From positions 434,001 through 498,000 of the forward strand of contig NMRA01000210.1 of assembly GCA_002633005.1 (NCBI GenBank): a stretch of DNA of 64,000 bases, in the 5' to 3' direction. Made by a program: the position numbers and the translations under genes. Position 1 is the first letter of the stretch; each line of letters begins with the position of its first letter. The notes beneath the pieces are model-generated. The model was not told the DNA's origin. It did no database searches and saw nothing but the letters and a program-made list of their open reading frames with translations. The DNA comes from Phoronis australis. Its lineage: Eukaryota; Animalia; Phoronida. This document shows, piece after piece, positions 22,844-37,142 of the stretch.

Positions 22844-25154
22844 TTAAGTAATTTCCCATGATGTTATAGAACATTATTCACGATATATTTCACTGTGCCT
22901 CAAAGGAAACCTGGCGATCCATGCTGACTGGTCATCAGTTTTGTTTCTAATTGTTGGACATAGCTCTAGGGTAGAATTGAAATTGACTCTTCTTTGAACA
23001 CCCGTACGTATAGGTACTGCAGGATACAACCCAATAATTAAGACATTTTTAGTTGCTGGGAATTGGTAGAGTCATATGCAGATATTGGCCTTTTTGTCAG
23101 TAAATTATTAACAAACTTGAGTCAGATTGAGATCTGTCAGTAAAAGTCTGTCTTATGAGTTCACTGACACATCTGGAAGTTGGAGGACTAGCTTTTACAT
23201 CCAGTTATTCATTGGATAATTGCTTTTCAAATGATCGTCTTGGGATCCATGAAAACTGAGATTAAAGTGTGTTATTTGTGGTGGTAGTAAATTGTCTCAA
23301 CTAAGGAAACAAATAGAAGCAGTATTTCTTTCCCCAGGCAACAGTGTATCAAAAGAGGCATTGGTGAAATAAACTTTTTTGTTGTGGTCACCGTTTGTGT
23401 TTGGATCATCTTTCTGTCTGGTTGGTGGTTAGCTTGTTCACAGAATATATTTATGGGAACATATTTAGATTGTTACTGTCCAAGAACATTTGGAGGTCAG
23501 TTTGCCATGCTTTTGACACAGGTCAGATATACACAGCTTAGAACTAGTGACCTCACCAGTTCTTGTTAGTCATGGAAGTGAGCGTGTGAGTTGACCGTGG
23601 ACATGGAAACCGTGAAACCGACTGGCGTCCCTGTTGAATCCTATTTAATGTCGGCACAACTCTATCACAACTCCACTGCAATTCCACTTATCTTTCCCTC
23701 TAACTCTTTTCCGTAGCGAGACATCGGATTTTCCCCAAGACGGCGTAATTGATTCGCATTCTTGGTTGAATACTGATGTTGCATTCTGCGACCTCTAGCG
23801 ATTATTGCTGTTGGAATGGAGTTAAGCTTTTCCATTGTAGCACAACTGCACAGTTCAATACACCAACAGTAAAATCTGATTATTTAGGATGCGATATAGT
23901 AGACAAATGAAATTTTGTTTCTCCATTTTTTCATGAAGCTAACAGTCACAAAATATCTGCTGTCATCAGTTGTGCACCACATAGCTGCCATTGTACAAAG
24001 TTGAGAAATTTTTACAGCACTGTTAGAATACATTAAAAAATGAAAAGCAGTCAATTTTAGCGATTAATTTTGGCCAAAATGGGTGAGAATTCGACATATT
24101 TTGAGAGGAGTTGCAATGGCTGTTGAAGTCCAGGAGTAAGACGTGCTTTCTCACTGACCGAACCTTTGCAAAGGAGAGCTGTGGTCTTTATGGGAAAGCA
24201 ACACAACACTGCAAAAGAGGACAGAAATCTGCTATACTATGGCAAGAGTAAATTTGTTTGAGACTGTCAATGAGTAGGTGTTAAGAGTGACAGACATTTC
24301 ATGCTCTGATGCTTATTGCTATTCATGTGGGTTTCTGGGTCACTGATTAGTATGTAGTGAATCACTGTCATGGCTTACTGGCTGGATTAAATGTTTTGAG
24401 GTTTAATTAGACGAGCTTGGTTGTTTCTGTCAATTCATGTTCAGCGTTCCCTGACTCCAGTTTGGTGGTTGTTATATTTTTGTTTCATTTCCAAAGAATT
24501 TGCATTTTTGTACTGCTAAAGTTGCCATCAGGGGATGGTTATAATTGAATATGGGATTGATTGCAGTGACAAAAAGTCAGTCATTGTAGTGTTTGGACCA
24601 GTAGAGGCAATTGCTGTTTCTCATTATTTAACATTGCCTTTTGAATCTTGTACATTTGCCACAGGTTGGATTGGCATTCTTCTCTCATCACAACCTAGAC
24701 AATTGAGTTTGGCTTTCTTGTGTCCACTTTGAAAATTTACAGAATTTTGATCTTGAGGTTTGTCATTTCTAAAAGCAAATTCTTCTATCATTTTGGGCTT
24801 TTGGCACCAGTTCAATTCAATTATTCCATGGCTTTTAAATTTAGATAAATACTTATGAACACGTCTATGAATTTTGCAGTTTCCGATGAGTTTGAATTTT
24901 CTGTTGTTGGCAGCATTTGGACTGTTGTCACCGTTACACTGACAAGAGGCCATCAGTATGAACCATCTACTGGTTGCAGTCTTGGTTGTGGGTCCTGACT
25001 GATTAATCATCCGGTATGTTCACTCATGAACACCTAGTTTACTTGCTGGCTTAAACACTAGCCAGTAATGTGAGTGGTTGCAAGGATCACCTTTGGTTGT
25101 GCTTTGCTGGAGGTTTGAGTTACCTCATAACTAAACGCTCTTTTGTTGTCAAAT

Positions 25155-25420
25155 CCGCTTACTTCAAAGGACACATATGCAAGGATAAGAGGCTTTTGTT
25201 TTACTGTCGTATTGGACGAGCCTGAGCGAGCGTGTTCTGAAGCGATTCAGGTGGTGAGAAAACACTTAACTACTGACGAAAATGATCACTTCGTGGATAG
25301 CTTGTCTGTTTTGCTAAAATGCTAGCGTTTCTGGCTAAAACGCTAGTTTATAGTGTTCCTGACTAAAACGTTAGCGGTTTTGCTATCGTTATAACTAGTG
25401 AAACTACTAGCATTTTGCCA
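25155..25420. repeat. dispersed repeat family, also at ~28380-28590 (inverted, internally duplicated) and ~47180-47495
   Basis: Shared tacttcaaaggacac, ggtggtgag...gaaaatga...cttcg(c/t)gga(c/t)agc and GCTAAAATGCTAG motifs. Confidence 0.6.
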
Positions 25421-26829
25421 CTCATGTAAACGCGGTTTTGAGGGAGATGAAGTTTGTTGTGTTAACTGTCTGTCCAAACTAGCATCAAGGCAGAAAACGT
25501 GCGAGTTGTGCCGGAGCAGTTGTACCACCATTTGGTATTTTCTTTTCTTAACATGTACCTGTGCTAATGGTTTCTCATTGAACGCTTCCGGCCTCACCAA
25601 AGTTCTGAGTTTAATAGTACCTAGTGAACAGGAGTTGATAGGGACCACCTTGCCATGTGTGTAAGTTTCCTCTAAACACAAGCTGGTTACTGACCTCTGT
25701 TTTCTGTGACCTAATGTTTATCTGACTGACTTATTGATTAGTTGGTGTCTCCTGACAATAACCAATTCTTTGGGAGTGAATGTAGCAATGGTGACATGTT
25801 AGCCTGTAATTACATAATATTTGATCACCAACAGAGACTTTGTGTCACTTTGCACTAGTCTATTGAGAGTTCAGTTGTCAAGCAGTTGGAGTCTCATATT
25901 TCCACAGCACAAGCTGCAGATAAATGTGTTCATATTTATGACAGATCCTGTGTTAGTTCAGTTGGCTGCTGGTTAAAAAACTCATGAATGGACACGTGAC
26001 ACGCTGCCCAAGCTGCTGAGACTTGCTCTTCATGTACTCGCATTACCACTAGTCCTTTTCTTCCAGATTGTTTTCATCACAACTGTGGAAAAGGTATAGA
26101 AGTGAGAAACTTCAAGCAGTGCTGCAGTTCATTCTAACTCCATAATCATAGGCAAATCCTTGACTAGATTGTGAACCAGCCAACTTTACGGTCACTGTCA
26201 TTTGTTGCATATTAAAAAACCTGGTTGATGTATAAATGGGGAAATTGTGCTGACCAGCTTGGTTTCCAATTCCATATGGTTAAATCTAAGAGGGGTACTA
26301 TTCAAGGTCATGATGCAATGTTTAGTTTCAATGATTGATGTGAAAAAATATAAATCTTGTCATCTGGAATAACTTAGTAATTTTCCTAGACTGTGGAACC
26401 AACTAATTTTCCCAACTGGGGAATTGAGAAACTGATTACTAGCAAAATTACATGCTGTCGGTCACCTTGTACAAGAACTCCACCATGAATTGGTTAAATC
26501 TGATGCCTCATGCCACCATGTCTGTTGAGGAAGGAATTCTTGAATCCGAGCCTCTTTTGACACCCTATCAGTAACTTGCTTTTGCACCAAACACATTACC
26601 TGGATGAGTGGTCTGTCCATAATCTATTCAATTCGAATCCTGATTCATCTAATAGCCTCTTAATTAACTTCTATTTTCAACACTTCTGAATCCTTGGTGG
26701 CTAGAAAATCTAATTCCTTAAAATGTCAGGCAGTTGTTTAAAATTAGTTGACCTCCATTTTGTGACATTAATTTTCAGACAGGTTCGTCTACTGTGGCTT
26801 TCCCTTGTGGCAATTTTGTTTGCTGTATC

Positions 26830-27440
26830 TCCTTAACCCCTTATACGACCTTTGTGAAATTTGGCAAGTGTTTTTCTGTGAGTAAATGACAATGTTTTTT
26901 GGGCAGATTTGAATACCACTGTGTCCCCGAGTTGTAATTTTTTGGTTTACCTCTACATCAGTTCCTGGACTGATTTTCAATAAGTTTGTCAAGTGGGTTT
27001 TTATAAAAGAGACAACACGTTTTTTATTTTCTGTGCCACCTAATGTCGATTTTCATTATTTGCTAGTCAAGCTCTCTATTTGCCAAACTGCTCAATGGAT
27101 CATAAGAAAACTGGCAGATGTTTCCCTACTGACAACACACATGATGGATGACGATTTTTGGATGGTCAGACTACTGTGGCATCCCCTAGTACAACTCTTG
27201 TATCCACAGCTGTGTATCTTAAACCCCTTATAGGAAATATGACAACTGTATTCCTTTGAATGTGACAACATTTGACAACTTATTTGGTACAGATCTGTCT
27301 TCTGTAGTGCCTGCTAGGCCAATTTGCCTCAGTATCTTTGGAGTTCCTGGATGGATTTTCATGAAATTTGGCAAAGAGATTTCTGTTAGGGAGGCTATGA
27401 GACCTTCCCAATTTTCCTGGAAGCATACCATTTCCTCGCA
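26830..27440 (+). mobile_element. degenerate Helentron/HINE-type remnant
   Basis: gattttcatgaaatttggcaaa, tgtatct..taaacccc and gtgccacctaatg units are homologous to 44452-45755. Confidence 0.5.
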
Positions 27441-29140
27441 GTCATGGACTCCTTTCAATTTTTGCGTTGATTTTTTAAAAGATCATGAGTCAAAAGTCTT
27501 AAAGTTTGATGGCTTACATCTCTGGTGTTTGAAGGAAAATCAAACATCTGTGACATTTCCCTCAACTATAGACCACCTTGACAAATGGATGGTAGTGCTG
27601 TTTGAATTTAGATGTATGCTTCAGAAATATGTGTTGTTTTATTAATGTAGATGGCAACAGTCGGTGAATTCTGAGCATCAGCCGTTATACAGGGATTACG
27701 AAAGAAATGAACTTGAGAGAGTTCGCAACAAAAATACTCGATCACGTAACAGAAATTATTAATGTCTAAAACTACAAATAGCATCAAAAATCAAAAAGGC
27801 CTTAAGCTGGCAATACCAGGTATGTAATTGAAATCTATTGAAGTCGTCCCAATTGATTCGCATATATGGCTCATAAATTATGCATCTAAAGAAATGTCAT
27901 GAGTGTTAATGAAAAATATATATGAGATTTTATTCAATACGTGAATATTGAATTTTTGTAATTTACCTGAAAGCTGCTAGGAACTCACAGTCTGTCAACA
28001 AACCCCTAGAATTCTTTCAGATTGGTGCCATTATGTATTTGGTCTCGCGTTATTCTGTAGAGATTGTATCCTCAGTAGATGTGTCTGGGGTTTGAGAGAA
28101 CTGGTAGTTCGTTAATACTACTCAAAGCACCCTCAATTAATTGGCTTGATCCAGCAGGTCATTTTATGTGCCGTCATAGCCTCAAGCAAAAGCACGGGAT
28201 CAGTTCTTTCGAAGCCAAGAGTTCATCTACGAGCAAGGATCGCATTCAGACTAATTTGCGTTTTACGGTTCTAGTAGTGTAAATCAGAAGTTAAAAAGCT
28301 GTTATAAACAGTGTTCTGGTGTAGAAAACATCACCTGTCTTCACCTGTGTATTTGCTTTTCCAGTTTTTCAGTGAAGAAAATGCAAGCGTTTTAGCTAGA
28401 CAGGCATGCTGTCCGCTTAGGGTCATTTTCACCAGCAGTTTATTTCTTCACCAACTTGAATTGCTTTTAAAGCTAAAAGTGATGATGAACTTAAAAACAC
28501 GCTCTACCTAATCCACTGGGCATGAATGACAGCTTAGGGTCATTTTCACCAGCAGTTTATTGCCTCACCACCTGAATCGCTTTTAAAGTGATAAACATAA
28601 TGATAAACAAAGGCCTCTTTCCCTTGCCCATGAGTGACCTATGAAGTAAATGGTCTGGCTACATAGGGGCTTGCACAATGAGATCAGTTTTGGGATAAGT
28701 CGGAGCTCCAGCAAAGCAGTACCAAAATTGACACTTGCAACTCCTGACATTTTGGTTAGTGGCAACATTGTTAGCGAAAACACCAGCATTTTAGCCAATT
28801 TGTGGACGGAGATTCATGTTGACTCAACAACTAATTATACCATCACTGTCAGTCTGTGTCTTGTTCCATTGGATTGGTCATGAATGCTCGACACTTCTGG
28901 TGCCATGGCTTTATCATCGTTGAAATCGCCATAAATATTTCATGTTAGTCTTGAGTCTGTAAAGGGCAATTGATGTACAGTCTGGAATTTTTCTAGCAAT
29001 GATAACAGTTTTCTGTAGTGTGTCAATTATATCCTAATTGGCTGTGACCTACTTTGCATAGACTGAGTTTGTAAAGATTTCCTTCCTAAGTCATTTGACT
29101 GTAATATAGCACACAATCTGTGTCAGTCAGAGCTGATCTA

Positions 29141-31416
29141 CTGTAAATGTTTGGGTTAACGCCCATGCTCAGTTAACCGCCCACCCTCTACTTTAGGTGG
29201 ATTTTCGATTTAACCGCCCACTGCTCGGTTAACCGCCCCTCTGCGATTTTTGAAGATTTCCAGTTAAGCACCCACCTCTCGGTTAAGCGCCCATCCCCGA
29301 CTTTTTAAGATTGAAGATTTAGCACCCAATGTTAGGAAACGCGCGATTCCCGACTTTTAGATACAGATGATGATCACAAAGAGAGCAACGACGCTGGGCC
29401 TCTGGGACGGTGGTTTGGCAATGTGAATTCCTGTATAAGTAACGAATTATTGTCCCGGATCACGGACTTACTTCAAAATATAATACTTGAATGTTTTTGT
29501 CGTTTAATTTTCTTCCCATGTTTGCAAAGTTTAAGAATCCCGCCGGCGTCAATACCTCCACTTTCAGCAACGCTGTCTGCCGCGCTGAGTTTCCGTTTGC
29601 AGTGTACTAGATAAAACATGTATTCGAAATAATCGGGCCAGAGAAATGTGACAACGGTTTTGCCAACCTTCCAAATTCTCTTTAGGTTGGAAGCTCTCGT
29701 ATTTTGAAGAATTAATTCCCATAATTCACGGGAAGATGTCAAATTCTCCCTACTTTGATGAATGTTATTGCCAGGTTATCGAGGATGTGTGGCGACCAAA
29801 GGGACAGTGTGCCTCATTGGGTTACCGATTTGCTTCCTCTCGATTGCTGATTTCTAATGTTGGCAATACGTTACTGTATGTTTGTGTATGAGCTTGAAGT
29901 AATAAAAAACTTCTAGTCAAATTTTGTTTTTCGCTTATTGCATCTCAGTCAAACTGGCGTTAGCAGATTTAATTAATGTTGTTGACTGTTCTTTACTACG
30001 ATATCTTGCATCAACCCCCGCCTGACTGTGAATTATCGCTTCCATATTCCCTTTTTAGCCATCCAGAATAATTTTGTTTCTACATTGGCCAGTTTCAGCC
30101 TGAACAAAATTCTTACCATTCGAGCCTGAAATATCTATGAGGCAGACTGACTGAAACTTGGCGATAGTTGGTAGAAGGTGCACGCAGCTAGCTACGGGCC
30201 CGGGCATGGCACACTCGGGCCTAAGGAACATCGAGCCGGAAAATGTCGAAGTAGACTTGACATCGCAGTTTTGGGGGACACTGGAAGGGAGGAATATCAT
30301 AAAACTTTGGGTCTTTCCTAACAACAGCTTAAAAGTACAGCGTCACGCCGGTTTCTGTTACTTAGGACTGTCGCTGTTCTCTTTTGATGTGTAACTTTGT
30401 AGTGGTGCACGCGCGTAAGTTTCCACACTGAGTGCATGTTACCTTGACACAAACACGGGATTGGCAGGTTACTCATACGTAGGTCTCACGTGCGTGCTGG
30501 ATCCTGCGGCTGTCTTTGGCATTAAAAACGAGACGCATGTTGAAAGAAGCTGTTATATTACTTGACAGCCTTCCAAGTCAAGATTGCATGCCGGAACTTT
30601 GCACGCAAAAAGCTGGACCGACCAGTGACGCAGTGCGATAGTGTAGGTGATATTATAATAGGATATGATCTGGACATATTGCATGTAAAATAAATGTGTT
30701 TTCCACCACAAAGTTGGTGAAGGTAGTCATTTAAGATTGAATTGAAACATTGCTGTTTTGTGACATTTTATCACATATTTATGCCGTGGTTCGAACTTTT
30801 CTTTTTAATTTGACGACTGGCTCAAGATTCTTGTCTTACTTCTTTGCTGTGCATGTTTCGCGCAACGGGAAGTGAAAATGTTATCGAGTCCCGGAGTGTC
30901 GACTACAAATGTCTCAAACACAAAAAACACCTGAATTAGTTTTTCAAACTTTATTACGACTAATTTTAAAACTGCTTCTGACTCGGGACTTAAAAGCTTT
31001 CATGCACGCACTTTTGCAGTGTCACTGCTTGCAATCCAAGTAGAGCGCTGCGTGGTCACTGGTCGTCTGCGCACTACAGTTCTAACTAACTAACAAGACC
31101 GCAGGATGGCACGAGTCTATTGCTCAACAAGTTTTTAAATTTAATTGTGAATGACTAATCTGAGGGCAACAGAACCTTTAGTGTTGGGATTATCCGCTGT
31201 TATGAAGTTTTTACAGTCATTTGACGACGTGATGATGAAGCTCTTTGAAAGTGCTACACGTTCCGAGTACGTGTGGGGACTTAGATCACGAGGTAAGATT
31301 AACTGCCCAGGGCGGGTGTCTGTCGTAATAAGCGCCCATGTCTGGTTAACCGCCCACCCCCGATTTTTTGGGTTTGCCAATTTAACCGTCCAGGGCGTAA
31401 ACCCGAACGTTTACGG
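29141..31416. mobile_element. 2.3-kb non-autonomous Tc1/mariner-pogo type element
   Basis: TA|ctgtaaatgtttgggttaacgccc ... gggcgtaaacccgaacgtttacgg|TA (24-bp TIR) with subterminal TTAACCGCCCA arrays. A related right end lies at 59200-59288 and a shared internal segment at ~6650-6770. Confidence 0.85.
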
Positions 31417-32411
31417 TAATTTCCACGTCTTCGATTGCATGTACACCAATTCCCAGTACTGCAGTGAATAAAATATTGATTAAGTATGAAAAAGAAAGTG
31501 GCTGAATTTGATACCTTAAACATTGGAAGTGAGACTGGTTTAATATTTTCAGGCTTTCTGTGCTCGGAAACTAACCCTGCATGAAGGCAGACTCAACTCT
31601 TGCAGTCATAACTCTGTTAACATTTCAGTCACTGTCTTGTTCTGAAATGCACTCTAGTTTTGTTGTATGCAGCCATGTCTTTAAAGACTGAAGTAATAAA
31701 AACAGTAAATGAAGTTGCAAATTTTTGTTCCATTTTCATAAGGTTGCCGCATGAATATGCCAATCATATTGATTTACAATCCAAAATGCCACTGAAAAGA
31801 AGATTGCGATTGTATAATTCGAACTGTCGATTTCTCAGGTCACTGTCGAAGTGATCAAAATTTAAAATCCAGGCTGTGGATATATTTTACCTGAAAGAAA
31901 GTCGTTGAGAAATACATGCACCGGGCCAATGTTGATTGCAGCAAACATAGCGTGGCCGTTGTTAAATTGGGAGTACCGATTTTCAAGTACTGTAGCTCCG
32001 CCAGACCCCCAGCTTTTTCATGTCCATCCCTTACCTCTGATAGTGTGAGATACTAAACAACTTGTTTATTGGTAGTAGTAAGTTGTTTTTTTTGTTCTGT
32101 TAAAAGATCAATGAAGTTTTTGGAAGCAGATGCTTTTTATATGATGTGAGGGATCAGGTTTGTTGTTTCTCTGGTTACACTGATAGCGGTTCTCATTTAT
32201 AACTGCTGGGGGACTGATCAATACAATTTTATTTATTATAATAAATGTAAATACAAAGGTCAAGCCGTACATACAATGTACGGTAAAAATTCTTGCATTT
32301 GGGGACAAGTGTCATTCCTACAACTGCATTGTTTTATTTGTCAAAGGCAATGTTGCAGATATTCAATATTTTGTGAAATGAAACTATGTATATTACTGGG
32401 TTCCATTTAAG

Positions 32412-32586
32412 TTAAGATCCTTTTGGAACCAAAGAACCATACCTTATGTGGTAAGTGTACTGCCGTTTTTATCGTTTTATTCTACAAGGACAGATGGCGC
32501 ACTCGGTAGTGAATCAAGTCCGTGAGATATGGAGGAAACACTTATCGCATCAATGTATGGTTCTTTGGTTCCAAAAGGGATCTTAA
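32412..32586. mobile_element. palindromic MITE with TTAAG..CTTAA ends (Crypton-like)
   Basis: ttaagatccttttggaaccaaagaaccatac / gtatggttctttggttccaaaagggatcttaa; central ACAGATGGCGC at 32490-32500. Confidence 0.75.
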
Positions 32587-35500
32587 ACTTAGTATTTTCA
32601 TTTTATGAAATGTTTGGCGACAGCCATATTGTATAAATCATGGGAGCAAAAGACAAAAAAGTATTTTTTGTAGGGAGATTGGACAAAATAATATTCTACT
32701 ATTCCGCTATATTGGGTCCTAAGCTGAAGATTTTTTACCAATGCTTAGAGACCTCCGGGGGGGGGGGGGGNNNGGGAAATCTGCTAGAACAAAGCATTTA
32801 TCCCTGGCAATGTTAACCAATAAAGACTACAGATAAAGAAGACTGGATTTGATTGATTGATTGATTGATGATTTCTTTGTTCCAAGTTGTAGCCTAACTG
32901 ACATATGCTGCAATGTAAGCCAGACTCAAATGGCCTATGTCTTCACTTGGTTACCAGTATGTATGAAGGCTTAAACTGTGTTCACATGCAGTCTGATCCA
33001 GTATCTGGAAAAAACTCACTTGCTAATGCTTGCGAGATTTCTCATCTACCAAATAAGATGGCAGAATCGATTTTCTTACCTTCATAGGCCTTAATTCCAA
33101 CGAGTGGGATTTGTGGTTAGGCTCTGCCCACTGATGATGCTTGTATGTGGCTGGCCTAGGCATTCCTATTTTGCACAGTAATGTTATGCTAATTATTCGT
33201 GGCTGGGCAGATAGGATGCCTTTGTGAAACCTCAGTTAAATACNCCCCCCCCCGTGCAGCACCATCTTAGGGAACCATTTTTTTATTCATGTTCTGGAGT
33301 GGAAATCTTGGTCTTGATTTTTTAATACGAGCATTCTTAATTTCAGAGTCTTGAAACTATATACTGAATAGGTTTGGTTGATTGCTTTAAGGGGATTCAC
33401 CACTGCTTACTTTATTTATTCCAGTTTGAAGTTTGTAATTCCAGCTTGACCTAATTAGCGATGGTGGGGGTTTTGGTTCTGATCTGGCTTCTCAACAGAT
33501 GTCTTATCTGCCTTATACAAATTCCACATCTGAAGGCGGTATGACAAAGACTGGAGACTGTGCTGTGTAGACTGTTACCCCATTTACATTACAAGTTTTA
33601 ATTTGTCTTAAAGCACTCCTGTTGGCTCAAGTTAGTTTGCAGAGCTGTGTAAATGGTGTATGATTAGTTGTAATCGTCTCCAGCAAACTGGTTTGAGGAG
33701 GAGGGGGATGATTTATATTCGCGCATGGGCAGATATTGGTTCCTGTTTCTATTTTTGTTCACAATTTCCCATGCTGGTGACGTGTGTTTTCTCCACATTA
33801 CTAACATGGCCAAACAAAACAAAACCAAAATGGCTATTGGAAGGATGGAAAGATAATGATGCTTAAGGTCTGGAGGGACTTCAGTCTCTCCTGCAAGGGT
33901 GACAGGATTTCCCAGGGGAACATAGATTTCTGTCAGTGTCTAAATGACTTGTTCTTGCCAGTCGGTAGCGTAGACAACGTGATTTGAGCCTTTCCAGAGT
34001 TAAGATGAAAACAGGGTATGTGATGGTCTAGGGAGATCTTGGTAGTGTGTAGTGTATCAAAATGGGAAGCAAAATTAATAGATTGCTCTGTCTGTCTGTC
34101 TCAGACATACGTAATCAATATGGGATTGCAGTGTCTAAAAGTAGACCTTGTTAAACCCATAGAAATGGGGCACATGCACCCATGCAAATGTACTAGTAAT
34201 TCTCAAAAAAGCTGTCAAAGCCCAATTTCATCCAAAATTGGTGAAATTTTGAAGCGAAGTTTGCTAACATAATGATCAGATGATTTGCGAGTGTGTGAAA
34301 TATGTGAATTACTGTATTCTTAGGTTTTGTCTGTTCTCCTCCTAGCTTTTTATCATAACTTCGACAAGGCCAGATGAATTTTGATGTTGCTCACCAACTT
34401 CTTTTTTTGAAAAACTACTGTTTAAACCCATGTCAACTATGAAGGTATCTGGGTTCGACAACACGACCCATTTCAATATGAAATGTTTAAAATAAGTGCC
34501 CGTTTCAATACCAAAGACACCCCGTAGTGGTGGGACATGGGTTCCCACCCCTGTGGCAGAAGTGCCGTGGCCTTGGAATTGGAATTGTGTTCCAAACAGT
34601 CTGAATAACATACTCTGATGTGTAATTGCTTAGATCTGTTTGTATCCATAACTCTGTGCGTTATCATCACGCGTCACAGTCTCAACATTGGAGAGATCAC
34701 TTTCACATTGTGGTGTCAGCAGCATAGTCTATTTCACATGCACGTGAAGTTCACGCACTCACCAATCCAGTCACTCAACCATGTGTGGTAGTGAATGCGA
34801 TCAGCTGATAGCAGTTGAATTCTTAGGCGAAACGTCACTGTGTTTCACCAGTTGCGAATTCCATTTAAAGTTCATGCATTGCTTTTGTTGTGTTTTTGTT
34901 CAGTCTTTATATACGAGATAGTTATAGTTATATTTACTCCACACTGGCTGTTAAGTGAAATTTTTGTCAATTTTTTCGAAACTAAGGAAACATAGAATTT
35001 CCATTCTATTGTTATGACAGTTTGTAGGTGCATGATAAAACATCACTTGATGTAACATTGACTATGTGTTGCAAGATAATTAGCATTCGAAAATTGGGAA
35101 AAAAACAAATTTGCTGACTTTTCCATTTGGTTAAAATAACTAACGAGAGAGACTGAGGGTTGTCGAGTGGTTCTACCACAATAATTCTGTCTAGCACCTT
35201 AGCACCTTGAAGGTACCAATGCACATCTCTCTCAGTCTTTCTTGGTGATCTGTGACTGTGCTGCCAATTCAGACTGCCCAACTAATTAATTGCATGTGTG
35301 CAAAGTACTGCAGAGACCAACTAACTGTTTGAGAAGTGGTTTGGCCATCATATGATGATGGCCCGTAAGCCAGTTCATTGCTGTGGATGTGATTGAATGA
35401 TTTTTTTCCCACTGGCTCGGAAGCTTCAGTTTTTAATGGGAACGTTTAGCTGTGGGTAACTGTCTCATTGATGCTGCTTGGTTGAATGAGATGATGAAGT

Positions 35501-35984
35501 GTGCTGTCTGAGTGTTGGAAAAAATCGCTGTCACTTGCTGTGTGTATGTAATATTAGAGCAGGTGTAGGACTATTTCATCACTACCACACCTGCCCTGCT
35601 CTGTTTGCTGAGTAGGACTGCTGTGATATTGGTCAGTGGTAAATTTTACTCCAGAGTGACTTCTCCAGATTAAACTTGCACTGTCTTATCTCTTCTGGTT
35701 ATTTTAAGTCATGAACTTACCATTTATCTTGGAACTAATGTAAAAAAGACAACCCATTGTTAGTAAACAGGCCATAAGTACGATTTATTGCTTTAACTGA
35801 GGAAAGACAGTGAAATGTCTCAAATTGCACAAGTGTAGGATTTGGCTAGCTATGAAGCTGTGCACGGTGAGAACAATCAGTGTTCTCCACAGTAACAAAT
35901 TCCAAACTCAATGCAAATTTCTAGAGTTCAATATCAGTAGTCAACTATCTTTTCTCTAGTCTAGACTATAGCTTTAACATCTCC

Positions 35985-37142
35985 GCTGGAGGTATTTATA
36001 TACGTTTCAAAAATGTACACTGAATTGGTCATGTGTGATCTACTTTTTTCGGGCCTACACGTGAAAACCGCAAATCGTACACGAAGTGCCCATTCAGCCG
36101 ACGACTGTCTCACGAATAAAAAACTTGTTGTTAAAAGCACGTGGCAAAGAAACGCACACTACATACCTGTCACTTGTCGTCGCAGACATTCTTCTTTGGG
36201 AACTATCCATGAAACTACTGCTAGCATATCGGCAAGAAATAAATATTGGCACTAATTTCAGAAAGTTTCCAATGCCGTAAAAACTGTTGCGTTATTTTTA
36301 AGAGGGATTGCTTTATTAATCCCTTGTTCAATGTGTTCATAATTGTTGTTTTTAAAGTAAAATACCTGATAAAATGACCCACTGATAGTGGACACCTACG
36401 CCCCAGAATCTCCCGCAAAATAACTCGGACTGTCACGCATCCAGTCACCCGGCAACTCAATGTCATTCGGCCTTAGACCCTACCGAGACAATTCTCGCGT
36501 GATACCGCTTGCGTTATTTCTTTCGTTACAATGCACACCTAAATCGTTAGGCCTGCATTGCGTTTACTCTAGCAAATGAACGCTGATGACATGCACGTGC
36601 TTGCGCACTCACACACGCAGAAGATCTTCAAAACAAAGGTCACGTGACTACGACGTGTGTTCCAGAGATTTTACTTATGTTGCTAGGTATGATCTTGCGC
36701 AGGTTTGAACCTATATTGTTTTTTATACCGACTCCACAGGAACTTAAAATGTTTGGGACACTATTTGGAAAACTTAAGTGAGGATTTCAGGCAATTTGTT
36801 GTGTCGAAACTATATTTTAATTCAAGCTGCCCTGTCGACGATCGCGAGGCAGCAGCGCAGCGGCGAGTTTTCGCCCTGAGATTTCAGTATAATTTTCAGT
36901 AAAATGATGGTAATTTAACAAGAAAATTGAGAGCAATGCGCCGTCGTTTTGTAGAAAGTATGTCATAGGCTACAGATACATCACGTACCGTAAATTTGAT
37001 GAATCCTAGCTTCCGATTTTACCCATTTTGGAGATTGGGTTTCAACCGCCTTGGGTTACTATATTCAATAAGCCAATAAGCGCCTCTCCCCCGAAACGAA
37101 TTTTACTTAGCGCCCCAGGCGCCTTATTACGGCAAATGCAGT
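35985..37142 (+). mobile_element. CCGTATTCGCC-family TA-flanked element, 3' part
   Basis: Homologous to 60850-61630 (gaaaaccg..aatcg, gttaaaag.acgtggc, ggcaagaaat.aatattggcactaattt); ends ttattacggcaaatgcag|ta. Confidence 0.7.

Noticed and set aside
32757-32776. G-quadruplex-like poly-G tract
   Set aside because: A homopolymer containing N bases (as at 11309 and 33244), so the sequence is unreliable; probably MITE-derived G/C runs.
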